Source: Desulfuromonadaceae bacterium (lineage in GTDB: Bacteria; Desulfobacterota; Desulfuromonadia; Geobacterales; Pseudopelobacteraceae). From it: 64,000 nt of DNA. A program made the translations under genes and the position numbers. This document shows positions 28,948 through 44,700 of the stretch, piece after piece (positions within the stretch are counted from its first letter, which is position 1; every line of letters begins with the position of its first letter). The stretch covers positions 3,483 to 67,482 of the forward strand of contig DASXUK010000070.1 in the NCBI GenBank assembly GCA_036504875.1, in the 5' to 3' direction. The notes beneath the pieces are model-generated. The model was not told the DNA's origin. It did not search any database and saw only the letters and a list, made by a program, of their open reading frames with translations.

Positions 28948-30069
28948 ATGGAATTCAGGATCGATAAGGAAATATTCCTTAAGTCATTACAAAAGATTCA
29001 GGGAATTGTCGAAAAGAGGACTTCCATGCCAATTCTTTCGAATGTTTTAATAGAGGCAGCTGATTCAGCGCTGTATGTGACCGCTACCGATCTGGAAGTG
29101 GGAATGAAAAGCACCTATCCGGCTGAGGTAACAACGCCCGGCAAGATAACCATTGGTGCCAAAAAGCTGTATGAAATCGTGAAGGAATTGCCCAATCAGG
29201 AAATAATTTTTTCCACTAAGGACAACGACTGGGTTGAAATAAAATGCGGCAAGGTACAATTTAATATAGTTGGGCTTTCTCCCGAGGAGTTCCCTTATTT
29301 TCCTGCGGTCAAGGAAGAAAACCTGTTCGCTATCGAAAGCAACCTGCTGAAAGGGATGATTGAAAAAACCTCCTTTGCCATTTGCAACGACGAAACCAAA
29401 TACAACCTGAACGGACTTTTTACCAAGGTCGAGGTAACCGCCAGCGGTGAACAGATTCTCAAGATGGTTGCTACTGACGGCCATCGCCTTTCCATAGCTG
29501 CCGGATCCTTTAAGGGCAGCGCTGGACCTGAGCTTACCAAAGGTGTTATCCTGCCGAAAAAAGGCATCTCTGAGATGAAGAAAATCACCGACGAGGACAG
29601 CGGTTCCCTCTTGTTTGGCTTCATGGACAACAGCGCCGTGATCAAGAGAGGCGATTCCTACATGGTGATGCGGCTGGTTGATGGAGAATTTCCAGACTAC
29701 AATCGGGTTGTGCCGGTAGCAAACGATCGCATCATCAAGATCAGTAAAGAGGTTTTTACACACTCCGTGCGCAGGATGGCGATTCTTTCGAGTGAGAAAT
29801 TCAAAGGAATCATGCTGGATATCTCTGCCAACAGCATCAAGATATCCTCCAGCAACCCAGAATTAGGCGATGCAAAGGAAGAAATCGATGTCACTTATGG
29901 TGGCGAGCCCTTCTCTGTCAGGTTCAATGCCCGTTATCTGCTTGATGTATTGGCTGTGGCAGAAACAGACAACGTTGAGATGAAATTCAAGGACGAGCTG
30001 TCTCCTTCAATCATCGTCCCGGAACAATCCGACAGCTTCCTGGCGGTAATCATGCCGATGAGACTTTAA
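28948..30069 (+). CDS. dnaN: DNA polymerase III beta sliding clamp
   Basis: 373 aa. Three-domain clamp pattern ending LAVIMPMRL. Confidence 0.97.
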   Translation: MEFRIDKEIFLKSLQKIQGIVEKRTSMPILSNVLIEAADSALYVTATDLEVGMKSTYPAEVTTPGKITIGAKKLYEIVKELPNQEIIFSTKDNDWVEIKCGKVQFNIVGLSPEEFPYFPAVKEENLFAIESNLLKGMIEKTSFAICNDETKYNLNGLFTKVEVTASGEQILKMVATDGHRLSIAAGSFKGSAGPELTKGVILPKKGISEMKKITDEDSGSLLFGFMDNSAVIKRGDSYMVMRLVDGEFPDYNRVVPVANDRIIKISKEVFTHSVRRMAILSSEKFKGIMLDISANSIKISSSNPELGDAKEEIDVTYGGEPFSVRFNARYLLDVLAVAETDNVEMKFKDELSPSIIVPEQSDSFLAVIMPMRL

Positions 30070-30078
30070 AGAGGGTAG

Positions 30079-33592
<3,514 letters not shown>

Positions 33593-33666
33593 AACAACAA
33601 CACAATATCTTCTTTCGTCGTGGCAGCACCACTACCAATAAATTTTAGTTGATATAAGAGGTACCG

Positions 33667-36225
33667 ATGCTTACCAACACCCCCAACAAGATATCCGTTA
33701 ATATCGAAGACGAGATGAAACGCTCCTACATGGATTATGCCATGTCGGTCATCATCGGTCGCGCCCTGCCGGACGTGCGTGACGGCCTCAAGCCGGTCCA
33801 TCGCCGCTGTCTGTACGCCATGTACGATATGGGCAACGACTACAACAAGCCCTACAAGAAATCGGCTCGTGTGGTCGGTGATGTTATCGGTAAATACCAT
33901 CCCCACGGCGACACGGCCGCTTACGATACGATTGTGCGTATGGCCCAGGACTTCTCCTTGCGCTACATGTTGGTGGATGGTCAGGGTAACTTTGGCTCGG
34001 TGGACGGCGACTCGCCGGCCGCCATGCGTTACACCGAGATTCGCCTGCGCCAACTCTCCAATGAATTGTTGTCTGATCTGGACAAAGAAACAGTCAGCAT
34101 GGTGCCCAACTACAACGATGAATTCCTTGAACCGACGGTTCTGCCTTCCAAGTTTCCCAACCTGTTGGTCAACGGTTCTACCGGCATCGCGGTTGGCATG
34201 GCCACCAATATACCACCCCATAACCTGGCGGAGGTAATCGACGGTATCATCGCCACCATCCACAATCCAGAGATCACTTATGAGGAATTGCTGGAGCTTG
34301 TACCGGGACCGGACTTCCCCACCGGCGCCACCATTTATGGCCGTCAGGGGATCAGGGACGCCTACGCCACTGGTCGCGGCATTATCCAGATCCGCGCCAA
34401 GGCCCATGTGGAGGCTGCCAAAAAATCCGAGCGTCAGTCGATTGTAATCACCGAACTGCCCTACCAGGTCAACAAGGCCCGTCTGATCGAGAAGATCGCC
34501 GAACTGGTCAAGGAGAAAAAGGTTGAAGGCATTACCGAGATCCGTGACGAGTCTGACCGCGAGGGGATGCGGATCGTTATTGAGGTCAAGCGCGACGAAA
34601 ATGCCGAGGTGCTGCTCAACCAGCTCTACAAACAGACCCAGCTGCAGAACTCCTTCGGCATCATCATGTTGGCCATTGTCCACAATCGTCCGCGGGTGCT
34701 GACCCTGCGCCAGATGATGGACTATTTTGTCGAGCACCGCTGTGAGGTGGTGACCAGGCGGACCAACTTTGAACTGAAAAAAGCACTGGCCAGAGCCCAT
34801 ATTCTGGAAGGTCTCAAGATTGCATTGGACTGGCTGGATGCGGTTATCGAGCTGATCCGCGAATCCAAGACCCCTCCCGAGGCCAAGCAGGGACTGATGG
34901 AAGGCAAGTTTGCCGATCCAGAGTACTTAAAGCGCCTCGACTTGCCCGTGCCGGTCGGTTACCAAGGTGCGGTGCAGCTGTCCGAAATCCAGGCCCAGGC
35001 CATCCTGGAGATGCGTTTGCAGCGTCTGACCGGCCTGGAGCGTGACAAGATCATCTCCGAGTACGAAGAGATCCTGCGCCTGATCGCCCGCTTGCGGGAG
35101 ATCCTGGCTTCCGACACCGAGATCCTCAAGATCATCGTGGCCGAATTGACCGAGATTCGTGACAAGTTCGGCGACAAACGACGCTCCGAGATCGCCGACA
35201 AGACCGCTGACATCTCCCTGGAGGATACTATCGAGGATGAGGAGATGGTGGTTACTATCTCGCATACCGGCTACATTAAACGTAGCAGCGTCGATCTGTA
35301 CCGCTCTCAGCGCAGAGGCGGCAAGGGTAAAACCGGCATGAAGACCAAAGACGAGGATTTTGTCGAACAGCTCTTCATTGCCTCCACCAAGGACTACCTG
35401 CTCTGCTTCACCGATGCCGGCCGCATGTATTGGCTCAAGGTCTACGAGATCCCTGAGGGAAGTCGTACCACCAAGGGCAAGGCGGTTGTCAACCTGGTCA
35501 ATGTTGCCATGGATGAGAAGATCACCACCATCCTGCCGGTCAAAGAGTTCAGCGAAGATACCTTCCTGTTCATGGCCACCCGCAACGGTGTCGTCAAAAA
35601 GACTCCGCTTATCGAATACTCAAATGTGCGGGTCGGCGGCATCATCGCTGTCAAGCTGGACGAGGGGGACAAGCTGATCGGCGTGGCCCTGACCGACGGC
35701 AAAAAAGATATTTTCCTGGCTTCCCGCAACGGTAAAGCCATTCGTTTTAACGAAGATGATGCCCGCTCCATGGGGCGCGTCACCCGCGGTGTGCGCGGCA
35801 TGAACCTGAATGCGGATGACCATGTGATCGGCATGGAGATCGTCGATAACGAAGCAGTCGGTTCGACCATCTTCACGGTTTGCGAAAACGGTTACGGAAA
35901 GCGTACCGATCTGGACGAATACCGCGACCAGACCCGCGGCGGCAAGGGGATTATCACCATTAAAACCACCGACCGTAACGGTCCGGTAGTCAATGTCATG
36001 CAGGTCGCCGACGATAACGACCTGATGGTTATCACCGACAACGGGAAGATCCTGCGCGTGCCGGTCTCCGGCTTCTCGGTCATCGGCCGCAACACCCAGG
36101 GAGTGCGGTTGATCACCACTGAAGAGAAGGAAAAGGTGGTGGCGGTGGCCAGACTGGCCGAGAAGGAAGAAGAAGATTTCGGCGACGAGGTCGAAGAAGC
36201 GGAAGGTACCGCGGTAGAGGAATAA
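33667..36225 (+). CDS. gyrA: DNA gyrase subunit A
   Basis: 852 aa. Active-site region AAMRYTE, GyrA-box beta-pinwheel C-terminal domain and an acidic tail. Confidence 0.98.
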   Translation: MLTNTPNKISVNIEDEMKRSYMDYAMSVIIGRALPDVRDGLKPVHRRCLYAMYDMGNDYNKPYKKSARVVGDVIGKYHPHGDTAAYDTIVRMAQDFSLRYMLVDGQGNFGSVDGDSPAAMRYTEIRLRQLSNELLSDLDKETVSMVPNYNDEFLEPTVLPSKFPNLLVNGSTGIAVGMATNIPPHNLAEVIDGIIATIHNPEITYEELLELVPGPDFPTGATIYGRQGIRDAYATGRGIIQIRAKAHVEAAKKSERQSIVITELPYQVNKARLIEKIAELVKEKKVEGITEIRDESDREGMRIVIEVKRDENAEVLLNQLYKQTQLQNSFGIIMLAIVHNRPRVLTLRQMMDYFVEHRCEVVTRRTNFELKKALARAHILEGLKIALDWLDAVIELIRESKTPPEAKQGLMEGKFADPEYLKRLDLPVPVGYQGAVQLSEIQAQAILEMRLQRLTGLERDKIISEYEEILRLIARLREILASDTEILKIIVAELTEIRDKFGDKRRSEIADKTADISLEDTIEDEEMVVTISHTGYIKRSSVDLYRSQRRGGKGKTGMKTKDEDFVEQLFIASTKDYLLCFTDAGRMYWLKVYEIPEGSRTTKGKAVVNLVNVAMDEKITTILPVKEFSEDTFLFMATRNGVVKKTPLIEYSNVRVGGIIAVKLDEGDKLIGVALTDGKKDIFLASRNGKAIRFNEDDARSMGRVTRGVRGMNLNADDHVIGMEIVDNEAVGSTIFTVCENGYGKRTDLDEYRDQTRGGKGIITIKTTDRNGPVVNVMQVADDNDLMVITDNGKILRVPVSGFSVIGRNTQGVRLITTEEKEKVVAVARLAEKEEEDFGDEVEEAEGTAVEE

Positions 36226-36252
36226 AAAGTCTGCAATTAAATTTGTCTCGTG

Positions 36253-36319
36253 CAAAGGCACAAGAAACAAAGAAGTCTGACCTACCGTTGGACGATCAGA
36301 AGTTTTCTTGGTGCCTTTG
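36253..36319. repeat. long imperfect hairpin downstream of gyrA
   Basis: CAAAGGCACAAGAAAC (36253-36268) pairs with GTTTTCTTGGTGCCTTTG (36302-36319): 9 + 6-7 bp with a 1-nt bulge and a 33-nt loop. No T-run follows, so it is not a classical terminator. Confidence 0.45.
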
Positions 36320-36346
36320 TCAGCTTTATGAGAGTATGGTTTTTAA

Positions 36347-37927
36347 ATGGCTCGACTCCTGAAAATCGATAAAACCCTGCGCGAGCGGCGGCGGATCATC
36401 CGACTGCTGGATTTCCTTAAACGGGAAGATCTGACCAGCGATCAGATGGAGCGGATCGGCAAGCGTCTGCAGAAGTCTGGCAGGCGGGCCCTGCGCCCAT
36501 TAGTGCGTAAGCTGTGGAAGGAAAAAAACGGCACTGCGCTCTACCGTTATACCTGCATGCTTGATTTTTTTGACGACTCCAACTGGCTCGACCAGTTGGT
36601 GCAGATCACCCTCAAGCGGAAGGATCTGGAGGAGGATGGGCGACTGGCCCTGCTGGATGCCTTGCAGGAATACGGCGTCGATGTGACTGCGCCACCCTTT
36701 GCAAAGATGACCGGCTATGGCGCCGGGTCGCTGGAGGGATTCATAAGCGATTGCCTGAGTGACGGGGAACGTGGCCTGGTTCGGTTCATGGATCTGTTTC
36801 TGGATGCCGCCGATGATATCCGCGAACATATGATCCGGCACCTGTCTGAGATCAACAGCTCCGATGCAGTGGCGCTTCTGGATATACTGCTGTCGTTCGA
36901 GCAACCCGAGGTGGTGCGCGAGGCCATTATCGCTCTGGGCAGAATGAAAAGCGGCTTTGCCCTGAATGCCCTGCATAAGGCCGAGAAACGCTCTGAAGGT
37001 GATATTGCCGAGCTGATCCGGCGCAGCATTCGGAGACTCTCCTTCATGGGCATCAAGCAGCCACAGGAGTTACCTCAGTCCTTTGCGGTGCCGCTGCCGT
37101 TTTATAGTGTCATGGCCGGCCCGATCGATATCTATGGCTCGCGTACGCTGTGGTTTTCTTGGCAGCTCGAAGATTCTGTCTATGCCGCTATGCTTCTTTT
37201 GACAGGTGAATCTGATGGCCTGATCAGCGCGTTGAGTTACCGGATGCAGAATGACCGGGAATACGAGGGAGTTTTAAAAGAAATGTCGGCTGGGGAATTG
37301 CTGGTACCGGTCGATCCCGGCTACGCCCTGGCTTTATTGCGCGATGCCCTCTTTCGCAGCCGGGAGCAGGGTTTTTTCCTGCCGCCCGATTTTTATGTGG
37401 ACATGCGCTTGTTCAGTCCCGATTCGCTGCGCCCCGAAGGTTATGTTCCTCGCTTCAGTCTGGAACATCTGGAAGGGATTGTGGAACAGATTCCAGCTTT
37501 TGTGGCCACCAGTAATGAACTTCTGGACTGCCCTTCGCTCGAGGGTTGGCTGCTTTCTGAACCAGCCACCTACGATGCAGCCGAACGTCTTGACGTTCTC
37601 GAGAAAAAGGCCGGGAAAGAGGGGCTCTCCGAAGCTGACCTTGAGGCTGAACTAGTAACATCCTGCGTGGAAATGATCACACCACGCCGGGCCGAGATCA
37701 TCAAAAGATTGCTGTTGTCCGCCGATTACATGCAGCAGATCAATTGTGGCGACAATTTAGTGCAGCAGGCGCTGGCCACCGCGCTTAGCCTGGTAGGCGG
37801 TTTCCTGCCAGAGGCGCGTCATCCTTTTATCCGGCGTTTGCTTCTTGATAGTATCGAAACAGCCCGGCAGGCGCTGGCAGAAGGCTATGACCTGCGGTTG
37901 GAGGAAGCCTATAATGATGAAGACTAG
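36347..37927 (+). CDS. conserved-looking hypothetical protein, helical repeat character, function unknown
   Basis: 526 aa with a clean ORF and no motif I recognise. The 3' end overlaps the gpsA start by 14 nt (ATGATGAAGACTAG). Confidence 0.7.
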   Translation: MARLLKIDKTLRERRRIIRLLDFLKREDLTSDQMERIGKRLQKSGRRALRPLVRKLWKEKNGTALYRYTCMLDFFDDSNWLDQLVQITLKRKDLEEDGRLALLDALQEYGVDVTAPPFAKMTGYGAGSLEGFISDCLSDGERGLVRFMDLFLDAADDIREHMIRHLSEINSSDAVALLDILLSFEQPEVVREAIIALGRMKSGFALNALHKAEKRSEGDIAELIRRSIRRLSFMGIKQPQELPQSFAVPLPFYSVMAGPIDIYGSRTLWFSWQLEDSVYAAMLLLTGESDGLISALSYRMQNDREYEGVLKEMSAGELLVPVDPGYALALLRDALFRSREQGFFLPPDFYVDMRLFSPDSLRPEGYVPRFSLEHLEGIVEQIPAFVATSNELLDCPSLEGWLLSEPATYDAAERLDVLEKKAGKEGLSEADLEAELVTSCVEMITPRRAEIIKRLLLSADYMQQINCGDNLVQQALATALSLVGGFLPEARHPFIRRLLLDSIETARQALAEGYDLRLEEAYNDED

Positions 37928-38930
37928 TTCAGAACGAATAGCCGTACTGGGCGGCGGTAGCTGGGGTACGGCACTGGCCAATGTACTGGCCGGAAATGGC
38001 CACGACACCACGTTATGGGTTTATGAGCAGGATCTGGCGCTCGAGATGGCCAGCACTCGCATTAACTCGGTCTATCTGCCGGGCATCACGCTTCACCCCT
38101 CATTAGCCTGCTCCAGTACGCTTAACGAGGTGGTTTCGGGGCGCAGCATTATCCTGCTGGTAACTCCGGTTCAGGTTATGCGCGGCGTCTTGAAAAATGC
38201 ATTGGACAATTTCGCACCACAAGCTTTGATAGTTAACGCCTCCAAAGGCATTGAACTGGAAACGTTGAAAACTGTTTCCCAGATCTGCTCCGAATTCATG
38301 GGCAGCGATATTCTGGATCGTTATGTAGCCCTGTCCGGCCCGACCTTTGCTCGCGAAGTAGCTGGCGGACTTCCCTCGCTGATCGTGGCCGGCGCCAGGA
38401 ATCAACAGGCAGCCCAGCGGGTGCAGGCTGTGTTAAGCAATCAGGTTTTCCGGGTCTACACCAACAGCGATATGGTCGGCGTGGAGCTGGGTGGCGCCAT
38501 AAAAAACGTGATTGCCATTGCGGCAGGAATCTGTGACGGGCTCGGTTTTGGCCATAATGCACGGGCAGCCCTGATCACTCGCGGTCTGGCCGAGATGAAG
38601 CGACTGGGGCAGGCCATGGGCGCCCAGCCGGCTACCTTTGCAGGCTTGGCCGGAATGGGCGATCTGGTATTGACCTGCACCGGCGACCTGTCCCGCAATC
38701 GCACTGTGGGTTACAAATTAGGCGAAGGCAAATCTCTGTCCGAAATCCTGTCCGAGATGCGTATGGTTGCCGAAGGTGTTAAAACAACCGACTCTGTTTA
38801 TCAACTCTCGCTTCGCCTTCAGGTGGAAATGCCGATTGTGGAGAAGGTTTATCAGATTCTTCATGAAGATAAATCTGCTCGCCAGGCTGTTACTGAACTG
38901 ATGGCACGCGATCTCAAATCAGAAGTTTAG
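37914..38930 (+). CDS. gpsA: NAD(P)H-dependent glycerol-3-phosphate dehydrogenase
   Basis: The start is chosen at MMKTSSERIAVLGGGSWGTALA (Rossmann motif); the ORF track begins at 37845. Full GpsA pattern. Confidence 0.95.
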   Translation: MMKTSSERIAVLGGGSWGTALANVLAGNGHDTTLWVYEQDLALEMASTRINSVYLPGITLHPSLACSSTLNEVVSGRSIILLVTPVQVMRGVLKNALDNFAPQALIVNASKGIELETLKTVSQICSEFMGSDILDRYVALSGPTFAREVAGGLPSLIVAGARNQQAAQRVQAVLSNQVFRVYTNSDMVGVELGGAIKNVIAIAAGICDGLGFGHNARAALITRGLAEMKRLGQAMGAQPATFAGLAGMGDLVLTCTGDLSRNRTVGYKLGEGKSLSEILSEMRMVAEGVKTTDSVYQLSLRLQVEMPIVEKVYQILHEDKSARQAVTELMARDLKSEV

Positions 38931-38943
38931 GCGCCGGAAGTTC

Positions 38944-41232
38944 ATGGCATTTAAAATAAGTATCCGAACCCGCTTATTCCTTTCAATCCTGCTGTGCCTG
39001 TTACCTATTCAAACAGTCCTCATATTTTCAGTTGTTTCACGTTTTGATGCCTTTTTAAAGGAAAGAATCACTCAAAACCTGGATGACGGGCTTAATGTTG
39101 TTCGCACCCAGTTCAACAGCCGCTTGGTGGAGATGGGCGATGTCTTTCAATTTCCGGCATCCTCTTCCGATTTTAAAGAGCATCTTGCCGCGAAACATAC
39201 TGCCTGGTTGGAGAAAATGCTTCCGCGCTGGAACGCCATTTTGCCTTACGTTGATATCATGGCGATATTCGGTGCCGATTTTAAGCCTCTGGCTCTTCGA
39301 AACATTCTAGACGTACCTCCTTTATCCCCGTTCGAGCCATTACTGCTTAAAGCCAAAGAAAGCCGCTCAGTAGTAAATTCAGTGGAGGTATTAACCTGCG
39401 AGCTGCTTGACAAGGGTAATAGTCATATCTACTGCGAGGAAGGGGATTCTTCCGTCCTGCTGGCAATGTCTGTGATACCGGTCTTTGCTGACGATGGCCT
39501 GTTCCTGGGAGCGATCATCAGCGCTGATGTGATTAACAGTGATCCCTTTTTGCGCCTTCAGGTAGAATCCATTTTCGGGCGGGGTGTTGAGGCGGTTATT
39601 ACGCAGGGTGAAACTCCGATTGTCGCGAGCTCGCGCAGTTACGAAAAACAGCGTCATTTCCGGATTACTCCCACTATCATGACCCGCCTGTCCCAGGAAG
39701 GGCGTTTTCGTGAAGAGGCACTTATAGAGGGAGTCAGCTACCACACTGCCATTGAGCCGCTTAAAAATCTGGCCGGCGCTGTGGTGGGAACAATCTCGGT
39801 AACAATGCATGATGACGACTATCGCATGATGCGGAAAGGGAACTTAAGCGGTATATTCTGGGGCCTGGCAGTGGGCACAGCATGGCTGTTTGTTATGGCG
39901 CTCTACTTGGCGCGGCGCTTCACCAACCCGATTAAAAATCTTGTTTCCGGGGCTGAGAGGATTGGTCGCGGCGAATTTGAACAACATACCGAGGTAAAGA
40001 CCAATGATGAGCTGGAAATCCTGGCCGAGGCCTTTAACCGCATGTCCCGTGATCTGGCCGAGCGTGACCGGACCATCAGCAGCAATACAATTGAAGTGGA
40101 ACGGGCTAATAGCCGGTTATCGCAATTAAATGAGGGGCTGGAAAAAATGGTCCTGCAGCGTACGGTCGAACTTCAGCGGGAAAAGCTTTGGTTAGAGGCG
40201 ATTCTGTCCTGCTTGTCCGAGGGCTTGCTGGTATTTGACATCCAAGGTCAGATTCGCATGGTGAACCCTGCCGCGCGCAACATCCTTGAGCTTGCAACCC
40301 AGGAAGAAATAAATAAGGTACAGGTAAGCAACGCCATGACGGAGCGGGTGCACAAGCACCTGGAAGCCTTACGCAGCGGCAGGGAAGATGAACCTTGGGA
40401 AGATGAGCTCGAGATGAACGGCAAAAGACTCAAGGTCAACCTGACTCCCCTGGCGGATGTCACCGGCGATTTGTCGGGGGTAATCATGTCCCTCCAGGAT
40501 GTCTCCATGGCTGCAACCATTGATGAATTAAAGCGCGATTTTATTTCCAAGGTTTCACACGAGCTCAAGACCCCTTTGACATCCATACGGGGAGCGCTTC
40601 ATTTTCTGTTGGAGCATTCCAGTGAAGTCGGTCAGGCCGAACAGGAGCTGCTTTCGGTCTGTTACAGGAATACCGAGCGATTGATGCGACTAATTAGCGA
40701 TATACTAACCTTATCAAAGATGGAAGCCGGCAAGATGACCTATCATTTTCTGCCGCAATCGATCAAACAGGTGGCCGAACAGGCCTGCGAAGAGATTAAG
40801 AGCTATGCCATCGAACAGGGTATCGAGTTGGAAAACCGGGTGGCCAGCGGCTTTCCGCTGGTATGCGGCGATGCTGATCGATTGATACAGGTAATCAACA
40901 ATCTTCTGTCCAACGCGATCAAGTTTTCCCCCTCTGAGACGCAGGTTGTAATAACGGCACAGGTACGGGGAGAGATGGCCGAAATCAGTGTGACTGATGA
41001 AGGTAAGCAGATCAAGTGGCTGGATCGCGACCTTTTATTCAAGACCTTCCAGCAACTGGACAGCCCCCAAAGTTATCGGGCCGGCACCGGCCTCGGGCTG
41101 GCTATCTGCAAGGAGATCGTCGAAGGGCACGCCGGCAGGATTTACTATTCTCCGGCCTTACCCCAAGGTAACCGCTTTGCCTTTACCCTGCCGTTGGCCT
41201 ATCAGGGGGAAGCTACAAAAGAAGCATTATGA
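38944..41232 (+). CDS. sensor histidine kinase (periplasmic sensor + HAMP + PAS + HisKA + HATPase_c)
   Basis: 762 aa. Two TM helices flank a ~280-aa extracytoplasmic domain. HAMP region, H-box SHELKTPLTSI, G boxes GTGLGLAICKEIV. Confidence 0.9.
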   Translation: MAFKISIRTRLFLSILLCLLPIQTVLIFSVVSRFDAFLKERITQNLDDGLNVVRTQFNSRLVEMGDVFQFPASSSDFKEHLAAKHTAWLEKMLPRWNAILPYVDIMAIFGADFKPLALRNILDVPPLSPFEPLLLKAKESRSVVNSVEVLTCELLDKGNSHIYCEEGDSSVLLAMSVIPVFADDGLFLGAIISADVINSDPFLRLQVESIFGRGVEAVITQGETPIVASSRSYEKQRHFRITPTIMTRLSQEGRFREEALIEGVSYHTAIEPLKNLAGAVVGTISVTMHDDDYRMMRKGNLSGIFWGLAVGTAWLFVMALYLARRFTNPIKNLVSGAERIGRGEFEQHTEVKTNDELEILAEAFNRMSRDLAERDRTISSNTIEVERANSRLSQLNEGLEKMVLQRTVELQREKLWLEAILSCLSEGLLVFDIQGQIRMVNPAARNILELATQEEINKVQVSNAMTERVHKHLEALRSGREDEPWEDELEMNGKRLKVNLTPLADVTGDLSGVIMSLQDVSMAATIDELKRDFISKVSHELKTPLTSIRGALHFLLEHSSEVGQAEQELLSVCYRNTERLMRLISDILTLSKMEAGKMTYHFLPQSIKQVAEQACEEIKSYAIEQGIELENRVASGFPLVCGDADRLIQVINNLLSNAIKFSPSETQVVITAQVRGEMAEISVTDEGKQIKWLDRDLLFKTFQQLDSPQSYRAGTGLGLAICKEIVEGHAGRIYYSPALPQGNRFAFTLPLAYQGEATKEAL

Positions 41233-41244
41233 AAGGGGGAACCA

Positions 41245-41724
41245 ATGCGCATAGGGCACGGGTATGACGTCCACCAAATGGTTGAGGGGAGAAAGCTGAT
41301 TATGGGGGGTGTGGATATTCCCTGGGAGAAGGGTCTTTTGGGACACTCTGATGCCGACGTGCTCTTGCACGCCATTAGCGATGCGGTCTTGGGAGCGATC
41401 GGTGAGGGGGATATCGGCAAACATTTTCCCGATACCGATCCGGCTTTCAAGGGTGCTGACAGCTTGATACTTCTGCGCCGAGTAATGCAACTGGCCGAAG
41501 ATCTCGGGTACTGTCTGGGAAATGTAGATGCAACCATTATAGCCCAAAGCCCGAAGATGGCGCCTCACATAGCGCAAATGATTGTCAATATAGCCAAGGT
41601 AATGAATGCCGGCCCGGATCGGGTTAATGTTAAGGCCACCACCGAGGAGGGCCTGGGTTTTTCGGGCCGAGGCGAGGGGATTGCCGCCCATGCGGTAGTG
41701 CTGATGATAGCCAAAGGATCCTAG
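41245..41724 (+). CDS. ispF: 2-C-methyl-D-erythritol 2,4-cyclodiphosphate synthase
   Basis: 159 aa. [10 protein letters not shown]...[12 protein letters not shown]...[10 protein letters not shown] signature. Confidence 0.96.
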   Translation: MRIGHGYDVHQMVEGRKLIMGGVDIPWEKGLLGHSDADVLLHAISDAVLGAIGEGDIGKHFPDTDPAFKGADSLILLRRVMQLAEDLGYCLGNVDATIIAQSPKMAPHIAQMIVNIAKVMNAGPDRVNVKATTEEGLGFSGRGEGIAAHAVVLMIAKGS

Positions 41725-41739
41725 GCCAAAGAGCTTGGA

Positions 41740-44700
41740 TCAAGCTTTATCCAGTCGCTTTCCCCGCCATTTGCGTTTCAGCCATAAACCTAAATCATCC
41801 ATCAGGGTGTACATGACCGGCACTACCAAAAGCGTCAGCACAGTCGAGGTCAAAAGCCCGCCCACCACGGCCCTGGCCATGGGTGCACGCATCTCGGCCC
41901 CGGCGCCAATTCCCAGAAACAGCGGCAGCATGCCAAAGATCATTGCCAGGGTGGTCATGATGATCGGTCTTAACCTGGTGCGGCCGGCCAAGATGACTGC
42001 CTCGCTCCGCTCCAGGCCGTCCCGGCGCTGCAGAACCTTGGCATAATCGACCAGCAAGATGGCGTTCTTGGTAACCAGACCCATCAGCATGATCAGGCCG
42101 ATCAGTGACATGATGTTGACCGTATCGCCGGTCAGCTTGAGCATACCGGCCATGCCGACAATCGAGAGCGGCAGCGACAGCATGATGGCGAATGGCTCGA
42201 AAAAGGACTCGAACTGAGCCGCCAGGATCAGGAAGACGAAGATCACCGCCAGCAGCAGCGACTCTCCCATATAGCCAAAAGATTCTGCCATGTCCTCGGC
42301 CTCGCCGGAAAGGTCGATCCGGTAACCGGGTGGCATCTGGATCCTTTTGGCGGCGGCCTCGACATGCTTGGCAGCCGTGCCGATCGGCAGATTGTCGAGG
42401 TTGGCCGAGACTGTTACCTGGCGGGCCAGATCGCGACGGTTGATCTCGGTCGGGGAACTGGCCACCCGCACCGCAGTCAGGCTGGAAAGCGGCACCAGCT
42501 TTACCCCGCCATTGCCATCCGCCACAGAGATCTTCAGGTTACCGATCTGGGCCGGGTTCTGCCGCAACTCCTCCGGCAGCCGCACCCGCACGTCAACAGC
42601 GTCCCCATCCTCGTCCTCATAGGTAGAGATGGCCTCTCCTCCAACGAGCCGTCCCAGGCTGCCAACGATGTCGTTGGAGGTGACACCGGCTGAAAGGGCC
42701 TTCTCGCGGTCCACCTTGAGGTGGTACTCGGGGATATCATGCTCCAGTGTCACGGAAAGATCCACGACGCCAGGTACTTTATACAGTTCATCCTTTAATC
42801 TCTGCCCCAATACCTTGAGGGTAGCCAGGTCATCCCCCTTGAGGTTGACATTTAGCGGCTTCTGCGCCCCGCCGATCTGCCCGACCTCCTCGATCGAGAA
42901 GGTGATACCGGCAATGGAACGCATCCGGTCACGGACCACCCGCTGCAGCTCAAATTGGTTGCGGCTACGCTCCTGGCGTTCTCTGAGTTTCAGATAGAGC
43001 AGGCCATCGCGGACCGTGCTGTTATCGCCGGCCCCGATGGTGGCGTAGGTATGGTCTATTTCGGGAATATCCTTAATTACAGCAAGAATAGCCCGGAGGC
43101 GATCCTCGGTTTCGACCAGCGAGGCGTCCGGGGCGGATTTAAAGGAAACCTGGAACTCTCCTTTGTCATAGAGCGCCATAAAGGAGGATTCCAGGGTTGT
43201 AAAGATGGCAATGCCGGTTACAAAGGCGGCCACTGCCAGCGCCATGACGATTTTGCGGTGATTGAGAGCCCAGCCGATTACACGGCGGTATTTGTTGGCC
43301 GTCACATCAAACCATGTGTTGAAGCGCTCCAGCCAGCGGGCCAAGCCCTTGCGTTGACCTTGCAGGTGTATGGATGGGTCATGCCAGCGCGACGAGAGCA
43401 TCGGATCGAGCGTAAAGGAGACGAACAGAGAGACCAGCACCGCAAAGGCTACGCTGATGCCGAACTGGAAGAAGAAACGTCCCACGATGCCGCGCATGTA
43501 GGCCACCGGGATAAAGACCGCCACGATCGACATGGAGGTGGCGAAGACCGCCAAACCGATCTCGGAGGTGCCGAAGCGGGCCGCCTCCATGTGATCCTTG
43601 CCTTGCTCGAGGTGGCGCACGATATTTTCGCGCACCACGATAGCATCATCGATCAAAAGCCCGATGGCCAAGGAGAGCGCCATCAGGGTCATGACGTTCA
43701 GGGACATGCCTAGGGCATTCATGATGATAAAGGCCGAAATGACCGAGATCGGTAGGGTCACCCCGGTAATTACCGTGGAGCGCCAGGAGTTGATGAAACA
43801 GAAGACGATCAGTATGGTGAGGATGCCGCCGATGATCAGGGTGTCTTTCACATCAGCCAGCGACTCGCGGGTCATGATGGTGCCATCTCGCACTAAATCC
43901 AGGGACACCCCGGCAGGCAACTCTTTTTGCAGCCTGAGCATGGTCTTGCGGACGTTATCTACTAGCTCGACCTCATTGCCCCCGGATTGCCTATAGACAT
44001 CCAGACCGATGGCCGGCTGACCATTAACCAGGGCCAGCTTGCGCTTCTCCTCAGTGCCGTCCGAGACCAGCGCCACCTCGGCCAGTGGAATCGGGCGGCC
44101 GTTTCTCTGGGCCACGATCATCTGACGGTACTGGTCGGCCCGGAGCGGCTTACCCTCGACCCGCATCGGATATTCGGCCGATCCCTTGGTAAGCCGCCCT
44201 AAGGGGGTGTTGGTATTTTCGGACCGGATGCCGGCGACTACGTCATTGACCCCCATCGAAAGCGCATCCAGGCGAACCGGGTCAACCTCGACGCGGACCT
44301 CGCGTTTCAGGCCGCCGACCATGTCGACCTTACCCACCCCGGCCACGCTCTCAAAACGCTTCTTGATCCGTTTTTCAACCAGCGTGGTCAGGTCACGCGG
44401 GGAGAGGCTAGCGGAGCGAACCGCCAGCGCGGCTACCGGAGCGGCGTTAAAATCGAGCTTCTGGATGATCGGCTCCTCGATCCCCTGCGGCAGGATCCCG
44501 CGAATCGACCCGATCTTGGCGCGCACCTCCTGGGCGGCATCATTGACCTTCTGCTCCAGCTGGAACTGCACCATCACAGTCGAGACACCCTCGCGAGAGG
44601 TGGAGAAGACATGTTTGACCCCGGCGATCTGGTTGACTGAATCTTCGATGCGCTTGGAAACCTCGCGCTCAACCGTTTCGGGGGATGCCCCTGGAAAGGT

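Noticed and set aside
39033-39041. TGTTTCACG half-match to parS inside the sensor kinase gene
   Set aside because: Only the left half matches. The right half (TTTTGAT) is not the palindromic partner, so it is not a parS site.
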